A stretch of 64,000 nt of DNA from Epiperipatus broadwayi (GCA_028023455.1 JAQFVV010000004.1:1116001-1180000); one strand, 5' to 3'. Counted from the stretch's first letter, positions 29,801 to 42,456 are shown. Notes: a model not told the origin generated them from the letters alone. Program-made: numbers and translations.

Positions 29801-32029
29801 TTAGAAAAGTCTTTGTTTATGATTTTTTAGTAGTTATTTTCATATCTGAAAACCATTTCACTATCTGATACCTATGAATACTATAGCCAAAGTTCAGCAT
29901 TTACTATAATTCTTATATAGAACTATTACTTGTTTAATCTCAGAAGGTTTATCCAATAATTTATGGTTTCCTGGCAACATCAAAAGATAAAGCGGTATTT
30001 GTTGATTAAACACACACGCCGTTTGATGGTGCGATTTATGTGCTAAAACACATAAAAAAAGTCGTTTAGGCGGCCGAACGTATTTTCACAGCCATGTGTT
30101 ACATGTATACAACAGTTCTGTTGTACTATACATTGCAGGCTGTGTTGTCACATTGCACTAAATTATTTATGCGAATTCGCATCCTTCACACTTTTTTACG
30201 GTCTCATGTGAGGGTGTGTGTCTTACAATTATATATAAATCGTTAATTGTAAATAAAGTTTAATTTTTTTTTTATTGAAATCACACAATTTGACCAAACA
30301 ATAATTATCAGAGGGTTTACACACTTCTGTAGTCAAGTTTTAAGGTGAAAAACCTTGTCAAAGGGTATGTCTGAACAATACTTTGAAGTAGATCACACGT
30401 CAAATAATGTATTCTCGATAACCTCAATGAGACAAAGAACATGGCACAGAAAAACTAGATGTTCAATTCTCATAATTAACAATCAGTTTGTTCAAGCTAT
30501 ATGTCTGATATATTACTGGAGCCACCAACAGCTGTTTTTTTTAATTTATTTATCTTTATACCAAAAAAAGAAACCGTAATAAGTGTTAAATTTGTTGATG
30601 CATACATTAATAATTAATGCTGGTATTAAGGAATTTAACTAAGATTTGGAATGGACTATGAATGATATGCAACACATTGATTATAATTTAATATATCTTA
30701 ATTCTTAAATATAGATTAAATAAACATAAGTGCATTGAACGACACATGAGGGTGGGTAACAGTGATGAATAAGTTTGGGAACAGAATCTCACTTGATGCA
30801 CTATCATTTAAAAGGGTATATTACAAAATTAATAATCTACAGTCTATTCATGCCTTATTTTACTATGCCCTCCTTATTATGTTTGTGACAGTTAAGTCGG
30901 CGCAAGAGTGATGATTTATCACCATAACATTTAATAAAGATCATTCAATAATATTTAATGAGCTGCAATAGGCTCTCTATGAAGATTATGTATGTACCAA
31001 ACCAGACTACATATTCAGATCAGTGCTGAAATCTTATTACATTATGGAGGGATGAACTGGAGCTTTGTATATACTATGGCATTATATATATATATATATA
31101 TTACTAGAGGTGATCGGAGCAGCTTATAAAACAATTTGGACCCTCGTGTTCCAGTTCTAAAGAAGAGCTGTCCTGTACAAACTAAGTATATGGGATGACC
31201 ATTAAAACCAGAAGCCCATTTATATAAGAAACATACAGCAAGGCATAATGGCACATTTGTGCTTCCTAAAGACAAGGCCACGCTAAATATAATATTAACT
31301 AATAACTTAGGGTATGCAAAATTCTATAATTTTGTTCCACAAAACTACCATATACCAGTTCATAATTAGCATTCTTAAAATGTGCAAAAGGGATTCTTAA
31401 AGTAATTTAATTTTCATCAATATTTTAAAATCCATAAAAATGAAACCTTTGGTCATTTCTTGGCTAAAACAATGACGCTTAAACAGGTTACTCTTTGTTT
31501 TTAGTTTTTATTTTTAAAATACATTTAAAATTTTAATCCCAAGTTTTATTAATTGCTTTCAGATGATTTTCCAAGAATTTACAACTTTTTTATAAAAACA
31601 GATAACTTTTTTTAAAACAGTTTAAGTTTGTAAACATTTTATTGTATATGTGTGTGAGATTATCTCAGGAATTAAAATGTATATACCACTGCATTTAAAT
31701 AAAAAGTTTTTAACTGATAATATTTCAAATTTATATTAATTTAAAAGAGTTGTAATGCTTCTTTAAATCTATTGCATTACGGCTTCTCTTGCATATATAT
31801 GTAAGTGATTACAAACATATAATGTTCACACAACTTAATTTAATTATATCATTTTATTAATTTTAAATTTATAATTGCCCATATGTGTGCACATATTCAC
31901 ACATACATGTAAATGTATACTATTACATATCAAAATAAATTATTCTGATTATATATGTGGACTGTGAGAGCTTGAAATGGTGGAAAAGATACTAACTACT
32001 ATAATAGGTGAAACGGAATGATGCTTAAA

Positions 32030-32640
32030 TAATACCTTTTCAAGTGGAACCAAAAAAAAGTGTAATAAGTTTTTAAATTGTTGATGTTTTTTTTTAAAAA
32101 AAAAAAAGTGAAACCCAAAAAAAAGCATAATAAGTTTTAAATTTGTTTATATTATTTTTTAAAAAAAAGCAAAACCAAAACAAAAGGTGTACTAACTTTT
32201 ACATTTATTGATTTTAAGTAAATAAGCATTTATTTTTATATGATGCTATGCATACAATTATATTACATTCAAAGATCAGCCTTTCAAGCTAATTGTGCAT
32301 GCGTCTTCTGCGAGTGTTAAATAATAAATGAATACACTCGCAGAAGACACATGCACAATTAGCTTGAAAGGTTGATCTTTGAATGTAATTTATTGATTTT
32401 ATTTTTTAAACAAAAATAGGAAACCAAAAATACAACCGTAATAAGTAGAAAATTTGTTACTGTTAATAAGAAAAGTGTAAAAAACAACTGTAATAAGTTG
32501 AAAATTTGTTGATGTTAATAAGAAAGCATACTAAGTTTTACATTAAAAAAAAAAAGAAACCAAAAAAAATCATAATAAATTGTAAATTTGTTGATGTTAA
32601 TAAAAAAAGACCTTTTTTAAAAACTACAAAGTCTGTGTTT
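32030..32640. repeat. Degenerate ~55-60-bp AT-rich minisatellite
   Basis: Repeated AAACCAAAAAA..GTAATAAGT..AAATTTGTTGATGTT units; a solo unit at about 30550-30600. Confidence 0.7.
32217..32388. mobile_element. Hairpin insertion (56-bp arms) with a probable 13-bp TSD
   Basis: Arms at 32262-32317 and 32334-32389 with 2 mismatches; TTTATTGATTTTA at 32204-32216 and 32389-32401. Confidence 0.7.
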
Positions 32641-33242
32641 GATTTTTTTTTATAAGAAAAAGGAAAGAAAATTCCAAAAAAATATGGCCTGGGAACGTTC
32701 ATATTTTATAGTTTTTGCATAACAACAATGCCATCATGTGGCATGTGTGTCTAATCAACTATTACCAATAAATCTATCTCTGTTTACATGGATATAATCA
32801 ATTTCCATTTTTTATTGATTTAAAAATCTTTTGAAAAATATAATTCAACATATATTTATCTCTAAAGAAGATTAATTATTATTTGTAGGATTCAAGGAAA
32901 ATGCTAGTCTTTTGCATTTCTCACACCTATAAAAAATAGCTTTCTAAGCTTAAATACTTATAAAACTTGGGCTGGAAATGAAAAGGAACTCCTTTTACTT
33001 TACTACACCCAAAAAATAGAGTTATTATAGGTTAGTAAAAAAAACTTGTTTAGCCTCAAGAGGATTGTCAATTAATAATTGGTTTCCTGGCAATATCAAA
33101 AGATAAAGTTATCTTTGTTTACATGGATATAATTTCTTAATTTTAATTTTAATCAACAAATATATATGTCATTAAAATCTGTCAATACTTAGACAATCCT
33201 AATATCAATAACAATCAACAATCTTTATAATATACATTAGAG

Positions 33243-33645
33243 CATTTCTATCATCTAAAAATAATTGTTAAATGATTTTAGAAAAATTTAAATCTTTTCA
33301 AATACATTCAACTATTAGAAATAGTACTCTAGCTATTATGTAACACAACATTTAAAATGGAATTATTTTCCTCCCTTCTTTGGGTATTTTTAGCCTAGTA
33401 ACAATTAGCATGAGAATTAAAGTTGGATCTATAGAGGCGATCAATAGTTGAAAAAGAGAAGATAATAATACTATTCCAAACTTGTTATATACTTAGCTGT
33501 GTTTTAATAGTTGAAAGTATTATTTTAAAAAACTCTAATTTTTTCAAAAGATATTTAACAATTACTTCTAGATGATAGGAATAATCCAAACAATAATAAT
33601 TTTGTATAAAATGTCATTATTGAAAACTTTCAGACAAACACTGCA
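33243..33645. mobile_element. Old inverted pair of PLE1 terminal repeats (two decayed HHRs)
   Basis: Left half antisense and right half sense to the 42220-42346/45141-45320 repeat. HHR remnants at about 33345-33385 (-) and 33448-33490 (+). Confidence 0.6.
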
Positions 33646-33881
33646 TTTACATATAATAAATTGTAATGTAAACATAAAATTTTCTGTTTTCCATTGATTT
33701 AAATTAAATTTTAATAATTTAAAAAACTTAATTATGAAATTGAACTTTTTTAAAAATTTGTTTATTTAAAATTAATATTTCATATTTTTATATTTATCTT
33801 TTAATTTTTTTGTGTGTATATATACATATTAAATTATGTTATTACATAAACATATACACACATACAATTATAATACAGAAT

Positions 33882-34081
33882 TGTATTTATATATTAGACA
33901 ATTTCCATCATCTAATATAAGTATTGAATATCTAGAAAAATTTAACTTTATTTAAATATTCCAACATATTTAAATAAAGTTAATTTTTTCTAAAGATATT
34001 CAATACTTATAGTAGATGATGGAAATAGTCCAATATATAAATACAACTAAATACCATCATCACAAACCTTCAGGAAAACAC
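33882..34081. mobile_element. PLE1 3'-tail fold-back insertion
   Basis: ~80-bp inverted arms (33881-33959 and 33966-34046) plus the direct end ACAAACCTTCAGGAAAAC; flanked by ATAATA(C/T)AGAAT at 33870-33881 and 34082-34093. Confidence 0.75.
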
Positions 34082-34229
34082 ATAATATAGAATGTTTTTA
34101 TATACTCATGTTTCCTTTAAATTTACTTTATTGATATGAGCACAAACTTTCACATGACCCACCACTCTCCACACTATCTCATAACACTGATGCACTGGAA
34201 CACACATATGTCGAAAAGATAAATAATCA

Positions 34230-34271
34230 CCAATATATGTATTTCATGCTAAACCAGCAATCATCAGTTGG
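34230..34271 (-). ncRNA. Type I hammerhead ribozyme, family A
   Basis: CCAA CTGATGA T TGCTG-GTT-TAGCA T GAAA TACATA TA^ TTGG. Helix I extended by TAATC/GATTA beyond a TGG bulge. Confidence 0.8.
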
Positions 34272-34704
34272 TCCAGATTACCATCTCTACACATATATGC
34301 AATAAGTGCTCAGATATATATTAAGATAGCCAATTCTCATACTTTAATGGACAGGCTTCAATCTACTCCACACTCCAACTCTTCAACTGTCCATCCAATT
34401 GAAAATCTGATGATGAAATGCTCAAAGGCCACCCTGAGGTCAAGATTCTTGTCACACCCATGTTGACCTAAAGTCAATCTGACCCCCCATGTACAGGACA
34501 CAATCCATTTAATACATTTACAAGGAATGGGCAGACATCTCTACTATGTAATAACTGAAACACACAGGCTTATTATATACCTGTGTCTATATATGTAATA
34601 TATAGGGTATATGAGCAAAGACTTTCACATGACCCACCACTCTCCACACTATCTCATAACACCGATACACTTGAACACATATATGTTGAAAAGATAAATA
34701 ATCA

Positions 34705-34746
34705 CCAATATACTTATTTCATGCTAAACCAGCAATCATCAGTTGG
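34705..34746 (-). ncRNA. Type I hammerhead ribozyme, family A
   Basis: Same as 34230-34271 but with helix III loop TAAGTA. Confidence 0.75.
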
Positions 34747-35695
34747 TCCAGATTACCATCTCTACACATATATGCTATAAGTGCTCAGATATATATTTAG
34801 GTAGCCAATCCTCATACTTTAATGGACAGGCTTCAATCCACTCCACACTCCAAGTCTTCAACCGTCCATCCAATTGAAAATCTGATGATGGAATGCTCAT
34901 ATATATATATGATAATTATTTTACTATACACACATGTATAGTATAGAAGAAAAAAAGTCCAAAGAAAGTTATTTAAAATAACAAAAAGAAACAGAAAATG
35001 AGAGAAATACTTGAAATTTTTTTACTTTTTTATTTTATTTTTAATATTAACTATACATACTATTGCAATGCATCTTATGCCTGCTGGAATTATGATTTAT
35101 GCTAATGTTTTGTGTGTACCTATCATGGCTTATCACAACCAAAATTTTTTAACTATTTTGTTTTTATAAGATGGAACAATTTTTCCAAATATATATTATA
35201 ATATATCATATGTCTATTAATGTTATAATAAATTTTAAATTATTTCAATAATTTTATACAATAAATTATATAAAAAGCAAATAATGAAATTTATTATACA
35301 AATATATTTTATTTGCATTTTAAAATTAGTGACATATATTGTAAAATGATTCACAATATTGTAACATATGTTTAAATGTAGAATAATATTTTAATAACTA
35401 AAACTCTACATTTAAATTTGAATTTACAGATTTAAAAATATAGGAAAAAAAGACCAAGATGTAAGAGAAATGATTTTTACTTGACTATAGACACACAGTA
35501 ATGGCTTATGCTATATATTGCTATTTTGTGGACAGTAAACCAGGTATATCTGTGATATATCTGTGCTAGTGTGTGTAACACTATATAATTTACACAAGAA
35601 ATGTATTAGGAGATATTATTATTTTTCATAGCAATTTACTTTCTTTTTGTTAGTTAAATATTTGGTATTTACTCACATCTATAGTATTTAATTTT

Positions 35696-35811
35696 CTAGC
35701 ACGTGTGCATGTGCGATGCAACTGTTCCCAAAAGCTATTGGGAACAGTTGCATCGCACACGTGCTAGAATATATATATTTCCCAAAAGTAAAAAAAAAAT
35801 TATTTGACTTA
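35696..35811 (+). mobile_element. Mini fold-back insertion of the PLE2 family
   Basis: 15-bp TSD ATAGTATTTAATTTT (35681-35695, 35812-35826). Hairpin at 35694-35769 is homologous to 59445-59489; the 3' tail is homologous to 58779-58823. Confidence 0.8.
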
Positions 35812-35944
35812 ATAGTATTTAATTTTATAATATTTCAGTTTCAAAATGAGTGGATCAACTTAAAGCAAATGTATACCTTTGATTTGGAGAACTCTCTTGT
35901 TTCATCAATGTTAAAAATAAATAGAATTACCCATTGTATTTACA

Positions 35945-36337
35945 TGTTGGATTATTTTCATCATCTAATATGAGTATTGAATGTCTTTAGAAAAATTTAA
36001 CTTTATTTAAATATTCCAAATACATTCAACTTTTAGTAATAGAACACAGATTAGTATAAGCACATTTCAAGAAGTATTATTCTCCCCTCTTCTTCAGGTG
36101 TTGCTGGCCTGACCAGTGTCAATACTAGCATGGGAATCGAACCTGGACCTTTAGATTCTTTGAGTATTGAATTTTGAAGTAAATCTTTAACCATCTGAGC
36201 CATCCTGCCAAAGGCAATAGTCAGTAGAAATTTCATATATTTACCTACAAGGTTCCTTCTAATTGCTCCAGGTTGGAATTAGTCCAACATATAAATACAA
36301 CTAAAACACCATCACTACAAAACTTTAGGAAAACAAT
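35945..36337. mobile_element. ORF-less PLE1 terminal-repeat element with tRNA-type A/B boxes and a decayed HHR
   Basis: Minus strand: A box TGGCTCAGATGG (36202-36191), B box GGTTCGATTCC (36143-36133), ACACCTGAAGAAGAGGGGAG...CTTCTTGAAATGTG (36101-36061). Sense 3' end at 36280-36337; degenerate ~19-bp TSD (35925-35944, 36338-36356). Confidence 0.75.
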
Positions 36338-38389
36338 AATTACCTATTGTATTACAGCTGAATAGCAATTCCAAAGAAACATAATATGGAATAATGTTTC
36401 TACACCAATTATGTTCTTTCAATTCTTCTTACTCATCTGAATCTGAATTTAAAGAAAATAAAACAAATCATGTGAAATTAAAGCTATGCACCCAGAAATC
36501 TTGTTTTACTTAACATTGGTTGTCCAGCGTAAAAATTCCATATTTGCTTAATTTAAATTGTCTCACTTGCAATCAAAAAGAAACCAGTAAATTGTTAAAA
36601 AAATAATTTTTGGTTGGAACTGATATCATTTTTGAAGGATTTTCTAATAATCATGAAATTATATTACACTTCTTTGATAATATCATTACTACAAGAATGC
36701 ATGGTGTGTCAGTTTACACATAGTGCTAGACTGGGTAGATGGGTAGATGTGTTATTATACTTATGAATGTGTGTGCAAGTTGATTATTTATTCTTATTAT
36801 TATCAAATTCATATCTTATGTGGTTATTAATTGGTACACTGTTGGAGACGGGAATGAATTTAAGTATTTTCTATGTGTGAATATTTTTATTGCTTTTGTA
36901 TGTGTTAAGTCCCTTCATGAAAGAGAGCATGGCTTTCTTGCTTCAGTACTGCCTGCACAAAGTTATTGGGTGCCTCCCTATATATTTTCCATCATCCACT
37001 TTGCCTATAATTTAGTATTAGTGTGTATTTTAAATATGTTAGAACTTTTTAAATATGTTAGAACATTTTAAGATATGTCCATCTTTGAAATTATTTTATT
37101 GGTTCTACTGCAATTTAAATTTAAGTATATTGTTGGTATTGAGCATATTTATTTCCTTGCCTCTCATAGATATTAATATAGTTGTATTGTTTTAATAATT
37201 TTTACATAATATTTTGCTATCTTTACAAAATCCATAAGAAGTGTGTTTCCAGGTTGATTTTCAGACATGGGTGGCTCTGTAATTTAATATCATATTAGTG
37301 GCCTGTGAATAGTAATATAAATGTGTGATATTTTGCTCTGTGTACATGAGAAATAGTATCAAATAAAATGTGAGAACTTCTTGAGGAATATAATTGCTTT
37401 TATTATCATTTTTGAAGAAGTGCTTCAGAAGAGAATATTTTATTGTAAAGTATACCAATATTTCTGTTAGTAAAATTTATTAAATTAAAAATAATACTTA
37501 TTGTAAATATTTATTGAATTAAATACTATATTATCTTATAAATAAATATTTTTACTAATATGTTAAATACGTTTCTGGGTTCGTTACCATTATTACCTTC
37601 ATTTATCAAGAAAATCTAATTTAATAAAGTTTTATTATTCATTATTTTACAAATGAGTACACTTCAGTGCTCACATAAAATTTATTTATTTTGTTTATTC
37701 CTTATTTCACCTGCATTATAATAAGCTACATACTATGATAATTTGCCTTTATTTCAAATGTACTTTGTAATGTAATTGATAGTATAAAATTACCCTTTCT
37801 ACCTTCTGCATTAGTTTATTTTTAGAACTTGGTGTAAGTTCATATTTGAAGATAATAGAATTAAATACATTTATAAGTAGTATAAATTAAATATTTAAAT
37901 AAGAAGAAATTTCAAAATATTTAAGAAATGCTTTATATGCTAACCATGATTTATCTAAAGTGTTAAGATACTTAATTTTGCATATTTGCATTTTTGTTTG
38001 GCTAAAACATAAGATATCTTAAGATAGAGTCATAAGAAAAAGACAGAATATTTAATGCATAACTTAAATAATTATTGCATTTAAGAGTGTTAAAATGTAT
38101 AATATAATAATCATTTTTCTTGTAACAAGTACGTGTCAGCACCACGAGATATAAATAAAGTATAAACCCTGAGATAAGATTTACAATTTTAAAAAAACCT
38201 GAGTTTAAATAATAAGAACCTGAGATAAATTTAAATATAAGAAGAATCTTGTATTTTAGCATTTCCAGTTAGATAACATTTTGTTTATATAAGAGTGCTC
38301 ATTGTCCATGATGTGGAAAACCTATAGCTATTATGGTGACTACCCATGTGACCTGGTTTTGGCCAGCATCAAGCCATTGGTATGGTTGC

Positions 38390-39110
38390 AATATATATTA
38401 GATGGAAGACAATTATACACATGTTCCACATCAATTTAAAAAAACAGGTGGTTATCCATTTTTAAAATCTACTTATTAATTAATATTCATTGACAGTGTT
38501 GGAAATAAAGTATGATTTTATTTAACAGTCATATTTTTAAATCTTTATTACTAGTAATGGTTCAAATTATAAATGTCAAAAAAAGCATCTCATTTTTAAT
38601 GATTGGGATAATGAACGTATTAGTTCATATAGATGTAATTATTAAACAATACAGTATTTTTAAAGATAGATTTGTTATTTAGATAGAAAACAACTACCAT
38701 TTTCCCCATATGTTGTGAATAGAAACACTCCATATCAATAAAGTTTTTAAAAGAACAGGTGACCACCCATTCTTAAAGTCTATTTTTCACAGCACATGTG
38801 AAACGTTAGTTGTCTTCCATCTAAATTACATATATATCTTTAAAAAACACTATATTGTTTAAAGATTACATCTACATAAAATAATGTAATTTATTATCAC
38901 TGGTCATTAAAAATGAATTTCTTTCTCTGCACTGGGATTTATAATTCAAACCCTTATATGTAATAAGCTGATTTTAAAATCTGATTGTTAAATGAAAATG
39001 CACTTTATTTCCAGTACTGTAAATGAATATTGATTTATTTTAAAATAGGCTTTAAATGTTTATTGACATACAATTCTTCTTCCATTTAAATTACATATAT
39101 ATATCTTTAA
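38390..39110. repeat. Old mosaic of inverted and direct repeats (decayed fold-back element)
   Basis: 38460-38660 is roughly 75% inverted-similar to 38830-39040; short direct repeats at 38440/38752 and 38815/39080. Confidence 0.45.
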
Positions 39111-39447
39111 AAACCACTGTATTATTTAATAACTGAAACACAGGCTTATTATATACCTATGTCTATATATGTAATATATAGGGTATATAAGCCTGTGTTT
39201 CAGTTATTACAATAGTAGAGATGTGTTCCCATGAGGTCAGATTGACCTATGGTCAACATGGGTGTGATAAGAATCTTGGCCTCAGGGTGGCCTTTTAGCA
39301 TTCCATCATCAGATTTTCAATTGGATGAACAGTTGAAGAGTTGGAATGTGGAGTAGATTGAAGTCTGTCCATTAAAGTATGAAGATTGGCTATCTTAATA
39401 TATATCTAAGCACTTATAGCATATATGTGTAGAGATGGTAATCTGGA

Positions 39448-39489
39448 CCAACTGATGATTGCTGGTTTAGCATGAAATACATATAATGG
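39448..39489 (+). ncRNA. Type I hammerhead ribozyme, family A (first helix I pair mismatched)
   Basis: CCAA CTGATGA T TGCTGGTTTAGCA T GAAA TACATA TA^ ATGG. Confidence 0.7.
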
Positions 39490-39921
39490 TGATTATTTAT
39501 CTTTCCGATATATATGTGTTCAAGTGTATCAGTGTTATGAGATAGAGTGGAGAGTGGTGGATGGTGTGAAAGTCTGTGCTCTTAGACCCTATATATTACA
39601 TATATAGACATAGGTATATAATAAGCCTGTGTTTCAGTTATTACAATAGTAGAGATGTGTGCCCATCCCTTGTACATGTATTTAATGGATTATGTCCTAT
39701 ACATGAGGGGTCAGATTGACCTATGGTCAACATGGGTGTGACAAGAATCTCAGCCTCAGGGTGGCCTTTGAGCATTCCATCATCAGATTTTCAATTGGAT
39801 GGACGGTTGAAGAGTTGGAATGTGGAGTAGATTGAAGCCTGTCCATTAAAGTATGAAGATTGGCTATCTTAATATATATCTAAGCACTTATAGCTTATAT
39901 GTGTAGAGATGGTAATCTGGA

Positions 39922-39963
39922 CCAACTGATGATTGCCAGTTTAGCATGAAATACATATATTGG
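39922..39963 (+). ncRNA. Type I hammerhead ribozyme, family A
   Basis: CCAA CTGATGA T TGC-CAGTTTA-GCA T GAAA TACATA TA^ TTGG. Confidence 0.7.
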
Positions 39964-40078
39964 TGATTAACAGAGCAAAACTTTCCATACAGTATTGCCA
40001 CCTGTGCTAAACAGAGTAATCAATGGATACCAGAAGGCTTGTGCATAAAATCCCTATCTAATGCCTACTCATCCAATA

Positions 40079-40120
40079 TCCCCAGACTACTTTCTGGCTT
40101 GTGGCCTTCATCAGTGAGAA
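40079..40120 (-). ncRNA. Type I hammerhead ribozyme, family B (helix III palindrome broken)
   Basis: TTCTCA CTGATGA A GGC CACAA GCC A GAAA GTAG TC^ TGGGGA. Confidence 0.7.
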
Positions 40121-40584
40121 GCTTTGGATCTGAGAGCACTGCATCTAGATCTTAGGATCTAATGCAACCCTCTAGCAACCACCTTTTATCTCTACTTAAC
40201 TACAAAACCATGAGAATGAAATTGAAAACACAAAAAATATTTTCAATCTAAGCTCAATAGCTTATATAGTCATATGGGTCTGAACTCAGTTCAGCACCCA
40301 TACATTTTGGTGTCCTTGGATCTTTTACAACCATAGCCACCACTATCCTATTAGGCAGGATGTGGTGACTATGGTTGTAAAAGAGCCAAGGACACCAAAA
40401 TGTATGGGTGCTGAACTGAGTTCAGACCCATATGACTATATAAGCTATTGAACTTAGATTGAAAATATTTTGTGTGTTTTCAATTTCATTCTCATGGTTT
40501 TGTAGTTAAGTAGAGATAAAAGGTGGTTGCTAGAGGGTTGCATTAGATCCTAAGATCTAGATGCAGTGCTCTCAGATCCAAAGC

Positions 40585-40626
40585 TCCTCACTGATGAAGG
40601 CCACAAGCCAGAAACTAGTCTGGGGA
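40585..40626 (+). ncRNA. Type I hammerhead ribozyme, family B, intact
   Basis: TCCTCA CTGATGA A GGC CACAA GCC A GAAA CTAG TC^ TGGGGA. Helix I extends as ATCCAA/TTGGAT across an internal loop. Confidence 0.85.
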
Positions 40627-42301
40627 TATTGGATGAGTAGGCATTAGATAGGGATTTTATGCACAAGCCTTCTGGTATCCATTGATTACTCTGTTTAGCA
40701 CAGGATCAATACTGTATGGAGAGTTTTGCTCTGTTTATCAACAATTAATGTGCTAGTATAAGAAATGTAATCATGTGATATATTGGTGATTATTTATCTT
40801 TTCGACATATATGTGTTCAAATGTATCAGTGTTATGAGATAGAATGGAGAGTGGTGGGTGGTGTGAAAGTCTGTGGTTGTATTATTTAATATGTATATAT
40901 CAAAATAGATTCATATAATCTAGCTCATGAAAGTTGAGCTCAATTAATAATATGGGGTATATCTTTAAGGCAAAGCAAATGGGGTTTGATATTAACGTTA
41001 CGGTAACTAAAACTAAGAAAAGGAAGAAAAGAGACAATAATAATATTTTGTTTACATTTATTGTTACAAGGAGGTTGCCTTGACAACAGTTTGAAATTGT
41101 TGATTGTTATTGATACTGGGATTGACTAAGTGATAACTGACTTTTAATAATATATATATATTATGCAATATACATTTGAAGAAAAAAGAAAAAAAATGGT
41201 CTTGAAAATTTTTATCAATTTAAATAATTGTAATGTTATTAGAAATAATTTAGTAATATTGTAAAATTTAATTTTATAGATTGACTCATTATTTTTTATA
41301 TATTCCCCATATAAAAAATAAAGTTCCCCTGCCCCATGGATATTTTACCCCTTCCCACATACAATTAGAGAATTATTATTTCTAAACATGTAGAATGTGT
41401 TGATTAGAAAAAAATTATTAAGGATTGAAGGGAAAATGTTTGGACTGAAGAAGATAAATTGTCAGAAAAAAAAAACTTCTCTTATTAAATAATAGATCCA
41501 AGTTTACTGATCAGATGAAAGTTAGCTATAAAAATAAAAAAATAAGATTTTGCACTATGTCTTGCTTCATGCTTCTTTCAAATAAATAACTGAAATGAAC
41601 TTTTCATGCTATATAGTAGCCATGTTGTGTTGGTGTAACTGTATTTGAATTGCGGACTTTTCAGCATGTAAACTAGGAAAGAAGATGAATATTCTTGCTC
41701 AATCAGGAATGAAGTGAAAGCCCGGTTAAATGTTTGCTGGCTAAAATCGTCATTATTTGTTAATTAATTCAATCTAAAATCGTGTTATTTTTTGTTGTTG
41801 GGGGGGGGGGGAACAATGCATGTATTTAGGAATTAATTTAAAGAGGTTGTCGGGTGAGATAAAAATGAATCTATATAAAGTTCAGAGAACACCCACGACA
41901 AAACACTGGAATACTATTTTTATAAGCTAATTATGCTAAAATTTGGGAGAATAATTAAAAGAAGTGATAAGATATCCTACTGTATTAAATTAAATAACAA
42001 AAGATTTGAATAAATAATTTTTTTTTTTGCTTGTTTGTTGATTATATTTATATGCTAAACTGTACTAATATTTCATGATCATATCTCAAATGTAGGTTTT
42101 ATTTATTTATTCTCTCTCTCCTTTTTTTTTTTTTATATTTAATGTTAATAAGATTTATCAATAATGAGTTTTTATGATTTCTTTGTATAACAACACTTGA
42201 TCAAGGGAAATTCGGAAGAAGTGATAAACTTTATTTAAACTTTTCAAATACAAACAACTTGTTAGTAATAACACACAAATAGACAATACAGGTTAGTAAT
42301 T

Positions 42302-42346
42302 ACACAACGTTTCGAGTAGTATTATTCTCCACTCTTCTTCAGGTGT
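42302..42346 (-). ncRNA. Minimal type I hammerhead ribozyme in the PLE1 terminal repeat
   Basis: ACAC CTGAAGA A GAGTGG-AGAATAATA-CTACTC GAAA CG TT^ GTGT. Palindromic ACGT helix III (dimer type), GUU triplet. Confidence 0.8.
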
Positions 42347-42382
42347 TGCTGGCCTATATGCACAGTGACAATATTCACTTAG

Positions 42383-42456
42383 AAGTTGAACTCGCACCTT
42401 TAGATTCTTGTATATTGAATTTAAGGCAAACGCTCTACCAACTGAGCTATTCTGTC
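42383..42456 (-). promoter_or_regulatory. tRNA-derived Pol III A/B-box segment in the PLE1 3' region
   Basis: GACAGAA TAGCTCAGTTGG TAGAGCG (A box/D arm, 42449-42438) and GAGTTCAACTT (B-box-like, 42393-42383). The homologue at 36133-36202 has consensus boxes. Confidence 0.65.

Larger units (their letters stand above)
34137..34890 (-). mobile_element. Family A head-to-tail dimer (475-bp period)
   Basis: Two units at ~95% apparent identity; HHRs at 34230-34271 and 34705-34746. Confidence 0.85.
39969..40777. mobile_element. Family B giant palindromic insertion
   Basis: Inverted arms 39969-40349 and 40357-40735 plus a 3' tail to 40777; 14-bp TSD ATATATTGGTGATT (39955-39968, 40778-40791). Confidence 0.9.
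39132..40877 (+). mobile_element. Family A dimer insertion (474-bp period) carrying a nested family B element
   Basis: 14-bp TSD TGTATTATTTAATA (39118-39131, 40878-40891); inverted 5' piece 39132-39184; HHRs at 39448-39489 and 39922-39963. Confidence 0.85.

Noticed and set aside
34400-34450. Second CTGATGA on the opposite strand of family A (also 34880, 3765, 39305, 39779, 61015)
   Set aside because: No GAAA, helix III or helix I partner follows, so it is not a hammerhead.
34137-39970. Inverted segmental duplication explaining the two family A dimers
   Set aside because: Flanks are unrelated, unit boundaries differ and the 39132 copy has its own TSD, so they are independent insertions.
41440-41480. 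CTGAAGA...GAAA with a weak helix II
   Set aside because: Followed by an A-run; no helix III, NUH site or helix I.
42383-42456. Functional tRNA gene
   Set aside because: The D arm is tRNA-like but the anticodon and acceptor stems do not close, and it sits in a repeat; kept only as a tRNA-derived promoter segment.
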